Below are positions 19,568 through 48,728 of a DNA stretch of 64,000 nt, in pieces. How positions within the stretch are numbered: the first letter of the stretch is position 1; each line of letters opens with the position of its first letter. The stretch spans positions 13,936,418 to 14,000,417 of the forward strand of contig CAVNZM010000001.1 in the NCBI GenBank assembly GCA_963693365.1, read 5' to 3'. Source of the DNA: Amoebidium appalachense (taxonomy: Eukaryota > Protista > Ichthyosporea). Made by a program: the position numbers and the translations under genes. Below the pieces are notes generated by a model. The model did no database searches. It was not told where the DNA came from and saw nothing but the letters and a program-made list of their open reading frames with translations.

Positions 19568-20929
19568 GAAGGCCCCAGGAGGGATTCGGAGAGAGACTCA
19601 AGACTCGGACAGCCTTTCAAGTCGATATGTAGGACCATGCTTATATTCGTTTCCACCCGTATGCCCGGGGAGGGGGGGGGGTGGGGGCTAAGGCACTCAG
19701 TCTGGGGTTAAGGTTAAAAAAACAAGAGGTGCTGGCCTGGATGGAGTTGGGGGGAGACGAGTTGACCGATAGAAAAGGAGAGATCAAATAGAGCCACAGC
19801 AGTGAGAGGGGGGAGACAGAGGGACAAACGGAGAGAGAGAGAGACGGAGGGGGACAGAGGGAAAGGGGACCGGGGTGTAGCTCTAGAAAAAAGGAGAAGC
19901 TGAGCTGCCGGGAGGCGCTCCGCCTATGTTATCACCGTGACCGTCGGCGAGCAAGAGCACACTGGTTTCAAAACAGGTTACGAAAAAGGACAGCCGGCCT
20001 ACTTGCATGGCAGACGCACAGGGGTCTCAGAACAAAAGAAAGAAAGGTTTGAAAGCTAGGGGAGATGGTTGAGTAGTTACGACGTAAAAGGCAGAACCAC
20101 GGCTCGGACACAACCGTTCCTAGCCACATCCGCAAGCAACGGCAAAACATCCACCGGCTAGTACTACTATACCAACTCTAGATCTATTACGAGAACGTGC
20201 TTGTGGACTTTTTGAGATGCCCTGGACTTTTTCTTTTTTTTCCTTCCGTGCTTTTTGGCGGGGAGGCAAGGTCCGGGGCGGAGGGAGGGGGGGGAGGGGG
20301 GGGGGGGGGGAGCCAACTCGGGCCCGGAGACATAACAGACAGAAAGAAGGAGGAAGGTGAGGGAAAGAGAATCACTTCAAGCATAGACTATGCCGTTGGT
20401 AGTGGGGCGAGAAGCAAGCTCTATAGCACCCATAAAAGCGGTACGCAAACCAGTCTGAACGAAGTTGGCCATGGTGGCCTCGCAGGGATCTCAAAAAAGA
20501 GGCGTAGCAAGGGAGGGGGGGGAGGAGGGGGGGGGGAATGAAGAGAAAAACAGACAATAGTCGCAAACCCCCAACAACATCCACAAGCCTGGAATGATGA
20601 TGGCACGGCACTAACATGGCACTCTCTTATGATGCGTTCTGACCCCTTCGTGTTTCTCGCTCATGCTGTACCCAAGCAACCTAATCTGAAAGGCGTTGGC
20701 AAACCTCGAGGGCCGATGACCCCGTCAGCAGTAGAATCTCTAACTGTTAACGTATTTAGGGTTGCATACAAAAACGTCTGTATATTTCCTATGTGCCACC
20801 GCAGCTGTCGGTATGTTGTGTTTCAAAACCTCGTTACGGCGTGCTGTTCGGTTCGATATATCGATCTGGACCATTTAGCGTTCGACTTGATGACGTGGCA
20901 CTAATCCTATGCGCTGAGGCCGTGCGCAT

Positions 20930-21118
20930 GGCCGTCTCGAAAATTCTATTTTTAGCTTTTTATTTAGTAACACCCTTTCATTTTGGTAGCATCAATAGCC
21001 CCTGCGCACAAGGCCGGGTGTTCCAGAGAGCCGTGCCGTGCGCAGGGGATATTGATGCTACCAAAATGTAAGGGTGTTACTAAAATAGAAAGCTAAAAAT
21101 AGAATTTTCGAGACGGCC
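20930..21118. mobile_element. Fold-back element / MITE with near-perfect ~80-bp inverted arms
   Basis: ggccgtctcgaaaattctatttttagc..cccctgcgcac (20930-~21010) is the reverse complement of gtgcgcagggg..gctaaaaatagaattttcgagacggcc (~21036-21118) with few mismatches. No clear TSD. Confidence 0.85.
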
Positions 21119-21320
21119 GTGGTTCAAACCCTGCAGCGGGTCCAGACTCCAGAGACTGAGAGCCTGACCATCCGGATATAATAGAGCTCTGAGTGTACTT
21201 AGTCTACTGTAATTAGTTTGTATGCATGTGTTGTCGAGTAAACAGCGTAAACCCCCATTATTAGCATGTATGTACTAGTACTACGATTCTACTATTAGCT
21301 GCTAGCTGGGTCCCGGGTGA

Positions 21321-21447
21321 TGACTATGTACTGCAATATCATGGCGCAAATTTCAAGCAGCTCGGAGCTCTCAGACCGGATATCGATGTGACACCGGACA
21401 CGACTGCACAGTCAACCGTCCCGAGGAATCTTTGGCAAATATCTGAT

Positions 21448-21484
<37 letters not shown>

Positions 21485-21505
21485 TGTATCAACGGTTACC
21501 AACCA

Positions 21506-21588
<83 letters not shown>

Positions 21589-21589
21589 G

Positions 21590-21623
<34 letters not shown>

Positions 21624-22204
21624 ACACACACACAGTCACACACACACACACACACACACTGCACACACACAAACATCCATCATTCGGGGCCCCTTTGGTA
21701 AAGGGTAAAAACTCAAGTCGCAGGATCGATCCTGCATGCATGGTTACTTCCGATTTTTGTGCTGCCTCGACGGTCCACCGGTCTGGCCGCCCCCTAGAAG
21801 CCATCACCCCAGACCACGTCAAGCAGCACCACCAATTTGTTATCATCCGGCCGCAAGACATGACGTCATGAACAGCACCGGCCCTCTGACGTCGACGGCG
21901 CGCCGCTTGGGCATCCCGGCCCAGCGTTCAAGTGGGAGACCAATCCAAGTCACCAGCCACCGTTCGGGTCAGCGTCCTGGGCGTGGGGTCTTCCCTTCTA
22001 AGTCTTTATGTTTGTGTATGTGTCCCGGGTCGCTCCCGGCTGGTGTTGTTAAAGTGAGCTGTGCTCACTTCCCCACTAGCGTTGCTGCGGCTAGAACCGT
22101 GGGATAAGGCGTAACTAAAAATAGTGCCAGTTGGGGTCGATTAGAATCCTGACTTATGAGTGTGCTATCAGTACGATCTGTAGTCATCTGGCGCTATGAG
22201 GCGG
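21321..22204 (+). mobile_element. Possible LTR remnant followed by a primer-binding-site-like sequence
   Basis: TGACTA (21321) and TAGTCA (ends 22186) form inverted TG..CA ends, followed 2 nt later by TGGCGCTATGAGGCGG (22189-22204). No second LTR or gag/pol is seen. Confidence 0.3.
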
Positions 22205-22253
22205 AAGACCGGCGATAAGCTCCCCTGAGGCAGTGCCTCGCCGGGAGTGAAAC

Positions 22254-22256
<3 letters not shown>

Positions 22257-22323
<67 letters not shown>
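22257..22323. repeat. (TA)n microsatellite
   Basis: Direct reading. A compound (TA)n(TG)n(TA)n tract also lies at 31496-31702. Confidence 0.95.
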
Positions 22324-22328
<5 letters not shown>

Positions 22329-22426
22329 GTAAAGGGCAAAGGCTACTACCTCGACCTCGCCTTTCCTTTAGGCTTCTGAGGAGTCCCTCCCTATCCCCCC
22401 CCCCCCCCCCCCCCCAACCTTCCCCC

Positions 22427-22457
<31 letters not shown>

Positions 22458-24405
22458 CCCCCCCCCCCCCCCCCCTCCCCCCCACACCCACCCCCTCTCC
22501 CCGACCCTCCCCCGGTCGCCGCCTCCCTGCCCTCCCCCCGCCCGTGGCCTGGCCCCACTGATCATGACCATGACGTCTCCAGGAAGCTTCCCATGGATCC
22601 CCAAGCCAAGACGTCACCAAGATTTACCCCCCTCCCAGGGCATGGCACGGTGTAAATGCAAGACGTCGTGACCTGAACATGACCCCTGCTCAACACGCCG
22701 TCAGTCTGTCAGTGGGCGACTATGATCGTCAACCCGTGATCCGCGGCCGTCAACCAACTCGCTCACGTGCACCCGGTCACGTGCACCCACTCACCCGCAC
22801 GCACACACATGTATACACACACAGTGTCACAGTGTCACACACAAACACACGTACTGTAAGTACACACACCCTAGGCAGTGTGACACACACATTCACACAC
22901 ACGCACATGCACACACACACACACACAGTCACACACACGCACGCACGCACTGGCACGCACGCATACACGCACGCACAGGCACATACACACACGTCATCAC
23001 CCCCCCCCCCCCCCCCTACACACACACACACACACACTAGCTGCCACACAAACACACACGTAAGGCCTTACATGCTGCTGCAGCACACGCATGCGCCGAG
23101 ATTCACATGTACGCACCGTCATGTTGTTTACATGAACAGTGTCCCTCGGAATCGATTCTACTAACGATACACAGAACAATCATTCCGAACCATAATAACA
23201 CCAGGCTGAGCGTAACTGATTTGAGTCTTTTAACATATTATAATTAGCAGATTTATTTAAGTCTTAACACCGTTGCCTTTTGGTGGGTACCTGCCCCAAG
23301 AGGCCATTTATATACCTACTTTTAAGACCAAGTTTCCCGTGGTTACTGTTTAGGCGCCCTAGTATCTTCTTACCATGGGGGGCATTAATCTCAACTATCA
23401 CATTCGATCATCGGATCCATATATATTATCTGAGCTACTGTTTTCTCCATTGAACAGACTACTGCCTTCAGCATCCACATACAATGAGCCACCGAGTCGA
23501 AAGTCACTGTGGCAGCCTAAGGTAGCCTGAAATACATATAAACTATGAACCTCTGGGATTAGTCCCCCCCCCCCCCCCTCCCCCCCCTCCCCCCCCCCCC
23601 CCCCCAAAAAAAAAAAAAAACTCTCTTCTCTTCCCCCCCCCCCCCCCCACCTCTCCCCCCGCGCCAACCTTCATTTTCTCGTTTAAACTATAAAAAAAAT
23701 CCAGACTCCATGCCTTCGTGACTTGCTTTAAATAACGATTCCCCGCCAGCTGGTTCACACTGTACAATGGGTTATAAACATGGGTGAACCGAACTTGAAA
23801 TTACCTGAATTTCAGTCACAATCCCCTAGAGAATCATATCTCCAGACCCCCGTAAGCCAATGAGTAGAAAAGGAAATCCATCACTAACTGTAATTATCAT
23901 GGCCTATTTGGGACTCTAGCCGGATAGATCCAAAATTTCCAGATTACTCCGGTGCTAAAGCCTTAACAATCCTACAAATTCACTGAATTAATCTAATTAT
24001 CCTCACGCGTGCAAAAAGGGAACTCACATGCACACAGTATTAAATCAGTAAATCAGGCATCGTGATCGGTCCCTCACTTTTGCCGCCGCGTTGTCGCGGA
24101 AGTGTTCGGGCGTTTCGACGGCGCGGTTGTGTTGAAACCAAACACCACATCAATAAGGCCAAGATCTGGGGAACAAAAACATTCGATGTCAGTTTGGTGC
24201 TAACTGCTATTAGTCGACCTGCAAAGGCAAATTCTAAAAATAACCCGTAGCAGCTAATATTAGTCTGGTGGTGCAGGCGGTCATGGTCCGATTGGTGTTA
24301 GTAACAAGTGTAGACAAAAGGGAGCGCTCCCTGGTGGGTGAGTGCGTGGGGTGGTGCACTTGGGGGGATGGGTGGGTGGCATGGGTTGGGTTGGTGGGTG
24401 AGTGA

Positions 24406-24442
<37 letters not shown>

Positions 24443-24490
24443 GGGTGGGTGGTGGTGGTGGTGGGGATGGGGGGGGGAGGGGGGGACGGA

Positions 24491-24536
<46 letters not shown>

Positions 24537-24649
24537 GAGAGAGAAGGGAAGAAGAAAGAGAGGAAGAATGAGAGAGCGAGACTCTTGAATTGAGAGTGGG
24601 GAGGGTATACAGAGGGTGGGTGGGCCGGAGGGACGGGGTAGAGGAGGGG

Positions 24650-24681
<32 letters not shown>

Positions 24682-24790
24682 GGGGGGGGGGGGGGAGGGG
24701 ATGGGAGGGAGGAAGGGAGGGGGAAGGGACGGAGGGAGGTTTTGCATTAGTGGTGTACTGTGAAGGGTTCAGAGAAAAAGGAAAAAGGGG

Positions 24791-24820
<30 letters not shown>

Positions 24821-24825
<5 letters not shown>

Positions 24826-25290
24826 TGAATGCGGAACACAGTACGAAGTACGCATACACGATGAGAAGCATGGTGCAGGACACATGCAAAGGCAAACATT
24901 CAAGTATGCAACATCAGCCGTGCGCACAGTATGCGTCATAAGCAGAGCCCATCCTCAGGGAGGGCCCAAGTCATCAATTGCGTCTGAGTTTCGACCCCTT
25001 AGCCCGCCTATATACGACGCTCCAACTCAGACAGCAGCATCAACTGAACTTGGGTGGGTCAACCCGTCTTGATCTAAGACGAGCAGGGTTGCTTATGCAA
25101 GCAAGGTGAGCAAAAGGGGGGGGGGGGGGGGGGTTGAATGCGTCAAAAAGTACGAAGTACACAAGAACAAACGGACAACACGATGCAGAATGCAAGCCAT
25201 ACATAAAGAGTATGCATAATAAGCAGAGCCCATCCTCAGGGGGGCCCACGTCATCCACGGTAACCGAGTTTCGACCTATTCCCCTGAGGG
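24821..25290 (-). repeat. Two near-full copies of the intronic dispersed repeat (24821-25000, 25131-25290), reverse orientation
   Basis: Both contain ataagcagagcccatcctcaggg(a/g)gggccca.gtcatc..gagtttcgacc, the reverse complement of the copies at 9022 and 10021. Confidence 0.85.
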
Positions 25291-25690
25291 GGGAGGGAGG
25301 GGGAGGGGTCATTGTCAACACGAAAACGCACGAAAACAATTCTTCAAGACACATTTTCGAAGCACCAATTTGAAACCGACGGATGGACGGTGCAATAAAT
25401 CAAATATGCAATGGTCTGGTGGGGTCTGCCCGGTGTACGAATCGTCATGATGTCAGCAAAAGTGCCATGGAATGTGCATGTGTGTGTGTGACCGAAATTT
25501 TGCAACACAAAACACAACAGTAAAACACCAAACTGCCCTGTGGCAGGGCGCAGGAGGGAGGAGGGGGAGGGGAAGGGAGAGGGGGAGTGAGAGGGGGATG
25601 AAGAGAGGGAGAAGGGGGCGACGGGGAAGGGGAAGGGGAGGGGAGAGGGAGGGGAACGGGGGAGGGGAGGGGGGAAAGGGGGTTGCTCAC

Positions 25691-42015
<16,325 letters not shown>

Positions 42016-42382
42016 TTCTATCAGCACATCTTGATAAGTTCCTCTTCACAAAGAAATCCGGGTCCGCAAATGTAAATACGAGTCGGAACGTGAACTACTT
42101 TGAATGACCATGCACGCTTTCATGCAAGGTAATCATCTGACGCGGTGTGTGAGAAATGCAAGGATCTAGGGCAAGTGAAGCCTATGGGAAAATGTTGATT
42201 GCCTAGGCAAGTGTGTACTCCACAAAGTTGGTCACTACTACTCCTCAGGCTCATGCTACTGTGAGACTACAACTGAGCTCTAAGGCTTGCAAGTTGCAAC
42301 TCGCGGCTTCATGACACGCGCGCAGCTCAGATGGATCCGAAGGAATGTGTGCTGTATGCCTACCACCTACTGAGGCGGTGTC

Positions 42383-42416
<34 letters not shown>

Positions 42417-42638
42417 AAAAGGGACTAGATGTAAAAAACGTCGCACGTGCGGCAAGACGTCAGTACGTGTTAGGCTGTATGCGTGCTCATGAGCCATAGT
42501 CCTGCTGCCACCACGAACACGGACACGAGTGCACGTGCGCCGTGCATCACAGCTTTTTTCAACCCTGTCATGAAGAAATATCATCGGGATTCCTTTAGGG
42601 GGGATTGCAAGTCGGATGTCCCGGTCTATGTGTGTGAT

Positions 42639-42671
<33 letters not shown>

Positions 42672-43257
42672 GGACACGCACATGCAACAAAAAGAAATCG
42701 CTGCCGCAAACGTTCAGTGGTTCTTTAGTCGGGGTTTATTTATCAAGTCTTTGGATTCGACTTGCTCTGTTTTACAGTCACCAAAATGACTATCAGAAAG
42801 CCCGCTACGGTAGTATATGTATGCACATGGCTGGGTGCTTGGGTGATGTTGGTTATTGGGTACATGTGCTGTGTATGAGGTGAAATGATGCGAAGACTCA
42901 AAGCTCTTTGAAACACCTACAAGTGGTGCTCGAGTCATTATACTGCTAGAAATATGGCATGCATTGTAAACTAAAGAACTCGTGTACACTGTGAGATTTT
43001 CATTCTCGCAACACCACCACTGAATCCAGTAAGTGAACGAGAGAACGGAAAAAAAAAAATACTGCAATACAATACTGCACTCCTATTATATACTACAGGG
43101 GCGGTCGTCCGTCTACGCAAAAACATATCCGCAAACCCCCCCACACTTATCGTATATAGACGGCTATACATTCACAAACACACTTTGTCTACCTACTACA
43201 TCCCACCACTTTTTTTCTTGCAAAAACTGGTGACACGTAACAGTTGGTTTTTTTTTT

Positions 43258-44549
43258 TTATGCGCTGGGAGTGGGGGTGGTGACGTTCTTAAGGCCGACC
43301 TCCTTGAGCGTGATCTCGACGTCCTTAAGGGCATCTGGGTCGTCGATGGTGGCGGGCATGGGCACCTTCTCACCGTCAGCCATCTTCTGCATGGTACCGC
43401 GCAGGATCTTGCCCTGTGGTTAAGGGGGTGGTGTGTTAGCTCAACACGGTGAATTTCACGAAGAGTGGTGGGACTGTGATTTCACCAAGAGTGGTGGATA
43501 CGTTAGCTCATAAGTGAAACATACAAGATTTTAAAAAGAGTGGTTGAGATAGATACGAGGAGAAAGCACAAAAGAACATAATAGAGTGCCCATGCCCAAC
43601 CACTACGGACTCAACAATTGTGTAATATAGTAAAAGCCATCCTAACCTTCGTGGTGATTCGCTGGAGACCCTCTTTTTCTTGCATGTGTGCTCCTGCCTT
43701 TCCCCTTGCTCAAGCGATGCAAATCTTCAGGTAGTGTATATCACAAATGGTGGTGTGTGTGTGAATGTGTGCCCCTTTCTTTCCCCTTGTTTAGAGTAAT
43801 GCAGACTTTTGCCGAGAAGAGATCACACGAAGTATAATTCATGTCGGTGCAAGTACGAGTGTGCAAAGCGCAGCGTCCGTGGTTTTTTTTTTCTTTCTTT
43901 TTTTCTTGCTTTGGGGGGGGGGGGGGGGGGGGGGGGGACATATGATATGTGTACTTACAGAGCGGGTCTTGGGCAGCTTGTTGATGACCTTGCACGTCTT
44001 GAAGAAAGCCACGGGGCCAATATGGTGACGCACGAGCTTAACACACTCATCCTCAATCTTCTTGAAGTCCTTGGGGTCAACGTTCTTCTTGATAAGGATC
44101 ATACCGAGAGGAACCTGGCCCTTGAGCTCGTCCTTGACACCAAACACGGCGGATTCGGAGACGGCGGGGTGGGCGTTGAGAACCTGGAGTGTGGTAAGGG
44201 TGGGGTGGGGTGGAGTGAGTGGGATGGATGGGATGGGTGGGCGGTTGGGTAGAAAGAATGTACATTTCTTTTGTGGATGTGTGTGGGTGTTAAAAAAGGG
44301 GGTGTTGGATGGTGTGTGGAGCAAGAATGATGAAGCAAGCTCCATATGGCAGTGGATGAATTCGAATACCTTAACAAGCATGCTTGCTGTGTGGATGCAA
44401 AGAAGTACCGGAAGTTCCAGAAACAAGAAATCTAGCTACCAACACCGCACCCAAGCAGCGTTCAATTTGCGAAAACCAGTGCGCACGCACTATGATTAAC
44501 AGGTGTAAAAGGGCGGTGGCGGTGGCGCGGGGGGAGGGTGTGTGTGTGT

Positions 44550-44586
<37 letters not shown>

Positions 44587-45184
44587 ATAGGTAAAGGTCA
44601 AGAAACACACACCTCCTCGATGGCGCCAGTGGAGAGACGGTGGCCGGCCACGTTGATGACGTCATCGGTACGGGCCATGATGAACACGTAGCCCTCCTCA
44701 TCCTTGTAGCCGGCATCGCCGGTCTGGTAGTAGCCGGGGTAGCGCTTCATGTATGCCTTCTGGTAGCGGTCCTCGCCAAGGAACAAGCCGGTCATGGCAC
44801 CGGGGGGCAGGGGCAGCTTGACGGCAAGCTCACCACGCTCAAGAGGGCCTGAATGGGGGTAAGAGTGGGAGGGGTTAGAATGTGTAATAATTGTCTGCAA
44901 GTACACAACGATCACGTTTTTCAATCAAACCAGTCCTTCCCCCCCCCCCCCATCCCCCCTCCTCCAACACCCACCCACACACTGTGGGGCCGTGACACCC
45001 CCTACATCATGAACCAACAAAGCAGTTGTTCGTATCAAGCAGCAGTCCTATTGCCACGGATTTCCCAAAAGGATAGGAGCGCAGAAATACATGGGTCCAA
45101 TTTAGCTGGAACGGGTAGGTATTACGGGGAGAGAGAAGATGAAGGCAGGGAAGGGGCTAGGGAGGAGAGAAAAGGAGAGGAGAA

Positions 45185-45241
<57 letters not shown>

Positions 45242-45607
45242 GTAGTATGCGTAACATACCGACTTCGTTGCCATTGTCATCAAGCACGCGGAGGTCCCAG
45301 CCGGGCACAGACTTGCAAGCGGAGCCATACTTGTTGGGGAAGGGCTGGATGCCGAGGGGGTTTGCCACGATGGGCCAGCCGGTCTCAGTCTGCCAGTAGT
45401 TGTCCATGATGGGCACGTTGATGAACTTCTCAATGAACTTCTCAGTGGCGGGGTCAAGGTGCTCACCGGCGGGGTAGAGACCGCGGAGGCTGTGTGTGGG
45501 GTTAAGGGTGAGGAGTTAGAAGTGGTTGGGGGTGAGAAACGAGATGCCGTTGTATGATCGGGTTTCTTTTTCCAGGCTGAAAGGGGAAAGGGAAAGGGAC
45601 GGTGTGT

Positions 45608-45655
<48 letters not shown>

Positions 45656-48600
45656 GCATCCCGAAGGAGGAAACACGGGCTCCACAGCAACCACTCCCCA
45701 AAACCACCACCGCCTCTACCACCACCAAACGGACGCACGAGAGAATCACTCTCTGCCAAAGAATACGGCCTAAAGAAAAACAATAGCTGTTCTTCTGCCC
45801 GCCGCGACTGTCGCGCAGTATCCTTGCCACTCACAGAAGAAAGAACAGTCGTCCAAACAGTCCTGGCCCCCTTAACTCAACTTCCACTAATCCAACACAG
45901 CAATCCTCAAGCGGCGAGTCAATATGTAATTCGATTGAAGTAACTTCCCGAAGATTCGCCCGAAAAAGCTCCCGGCTCACCGATAGCTAAGTTAATGGCC
46001 GGGGATCCCGGTTGTCTTTAGGTGATCGATTATATGTATCTGCCAGCCTGTAACTTAGGGTATTATAGTAGGGTGGTCTTACGATGAGAGGTCGGACTTA
46101 TTGAACCACTCGCCGTTGGGGTCCTCACGGTAGATGGCACGGATGGCCGTGGGGGAGGTGAACAGACCCGTCACCTTGTACTCGTCAATCATCTGTAAAG
46201 GCCCGAGGGTCAGAAAACTACCATTGTAAACCGAAAAATCGCAACTCTCATTTGCACTAAGACACGGGGGGGGGGGGGGGGGGGGGGGGGGGAGACCCAA
46301 CATAAGGCCAGTGTTTCATAACCTGCCTGACAGACAGAACCCCGTGCTAAAACAGCAATAGAAACAGAGCTGATCATCGTCACCAGGTTGATAAATCTCA
46401 GGAACATAAGAGTTGATTGAAGTGAAAATTGCAGGTCCGAGAGGGGAAAGAGGGGGGGGGGGGGGGGGGGGGGGGTTGTATGCATTCGGAAGTGAGGGGG
46501 GAGGGGAGAGTCGACAAGGTGATATAGAACGTAGTGTACAGCTAAGCATGTATTCCGATACCCCTGTTTAGAAAAGGAACAAAAAGACACAAACGGGTTG
46601 AATGTATCATTGGTTCAATCAGTCGGTTCAACTCCCCCCCACCCCTCCTCCCCCCAAAAAACCCCCATCCCGCGTCTCACATCCATCCGTTAGTTGCAAG
46701 TCATCACCAGCTTCAAGAAGTCTACAGCAAGGGGGAGAGAGTCATTTTTTTACTGGGGAAAACAAAGAGAGAGAGAGAGGAAGGAACGACGTACCCGCCA
46801 CCATTCACCGGCATCGGGGGTGCCGACGGGCTTGCCCTCGAACATGACGCTGGAGATGCCGCTCATCATGGGGCCGTAGCAGATGTAAGAGTGGCCCACC
46901 ACCCATCCGACCTGCAAGCAGTAGTGGGAACATGAGCGTGGGTGGGAGTGGGAGAGGGAGAGGGAGAAGGAGAGGGATTGAGAGAGAGAGAGGGGTAGCA
47001 AATGACAAAAGAAAAAAGAAGGGGTGAAAGTAGGGGGAAAAGGAAGGGAGGGGAGATGTACAGAAAGGGGAAGATGTTTACAAACGGCGAGCCGCCATGA
47101 CAGACCCAGCCGGTCCCCTTACTAGTACTGCTGAAGGACTGAGAGAGGAGGGAAGAAGGAATGTAGAGAAATACCCAAGAACGGGGGGTGTGTGTGTGTG
47201 TGTGTGTGGAATGGCCGGGTGTGTCCACCGAAACATTGTGCCCAGGGGGGCGGGGGGATAAGGAAAGGGGACATTGCTATAATCGCAGATCGGAAGCCAA
47301 TAAAACCGTTTTACTCATACTTTCGATCTTCAAGCTACACTGTCTTTCTCGCTTCCCCTTGTTGAGTGCTCCTCTTTCTCTTCCTTTTAAATGGACACTT
47401 AGCCTCCACACATTAAAAAATACGCCCTTCCCCCCCTCCCCCACCCCCGGGAACCCCATCATTGCACACACGTGTATGCATGTTGAGTTACACCCCAACA
47501 TCATACATTCAGAGGCCACATCAGCCAGAGCCACGTACACGCGAACAGCCGCTACTGGGGGGGGGGGGGGTGAGAGGGGTGGGTGGGGGGGGGGGGGGGG
47601 GGGGGGGGGGGAGGGGGAGAGAGAGAGAGAGAGAGAGAGGGGGGGGAAGGGGGGGGGGGGGGGGGACACTTGCATCAGATGCAGCCCAGAAGACATCACC
47701 GGGGTGCTGGTCGTAGATGTTCTTCATGCTCCACGTTAGAGCAGTGGCATAGCCACCGTTGTCACGGACAACACCCTTGGGCGCACCTGCAGGCCCACGT
47801 AAGAATGCGTTCAGGGAACAGGGGGTAAGGAGGGAGGGAGGGGGGATGCATTGCGGAGTATGAAGGTCGGTTTAACAAAGAAGACCATTCAGATTAAGCA
47901 AAGCACACAGAGAATGCATCATAAGCAGTACCCAACTCAGCGGGGTGGGGTGGGGTGGGGTGGAGTGGGTTAGAGGGCCAAATGCATGCAACGATGACCT
48001 TTGACCAAAGAGTCAGTTGCGACGGAAGATAGGGGGCTTTGGCACGGGTAAGATGTTGGCGGGGCAGGTGGGAAAGGGAGGGGGGGGGGGGGGGGGGAGG
48101 GGGGAATAGTACTGTTAAAAACATCGGTGTTCACGTGTAAGGTTCATTTTACATCCACTGGGGGAAGGGGGAGGGGGGGGAGGGAGGGACTGATGTGTCA
48201 TGGAGTACGGTAAGCATATGATGGGGGAAGGGGGAGATTCACGGAAAACAACACAACGTATATATCTGCACAGGAAAGCACATGGATCACTGGGGGTGTG
48301 GGGGTGGAAGAAGGTGGGGGGAGGGGGGAGGGGAAGGCGTGTGTGTGTCCGGGAGGGAGGGGGGGGGGGGGGTGTTGCTAACCAGTGGTGCCGGAGGTGT
48401 AGAGGATGTAGAGGGGGTCAGTGCTGTTGACCTCCACGGGGTCGTGGGGCCTGGCGGCATCACAGACCTCGTCCCAGTCAAGGTCACGGCCCGGCTTGAG
48501 CACGGCAGGGAGGGCCTCACGCTGCTTGTAGATCACCTGCAAACGGCAAAAGAATACAGGTTTAGTGTTTTGATTGAAAGGTGGTAAGTAACGAAACGAA

Positions 48601-48695
48601 GAGGGGGGGGGGGGGGGGAGGGGTCGAGAGTTGTGGTGTTGCTTACAAGAAGAAGAATGGAAGAGCCGAGGGTGGGTGGATGGTTGGGGGAAGAA

Positions 48696-48728
<33 letters not shown>

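Noticed and set aside
23458-23521. AG/GT-bounded + strand segment as a missing transporter exon
   Set aside because: Its open frame (LLPSASTYNEPPSRKSLWQPK) is hydrophilic, in the wrong phase and unlike TM8-12.
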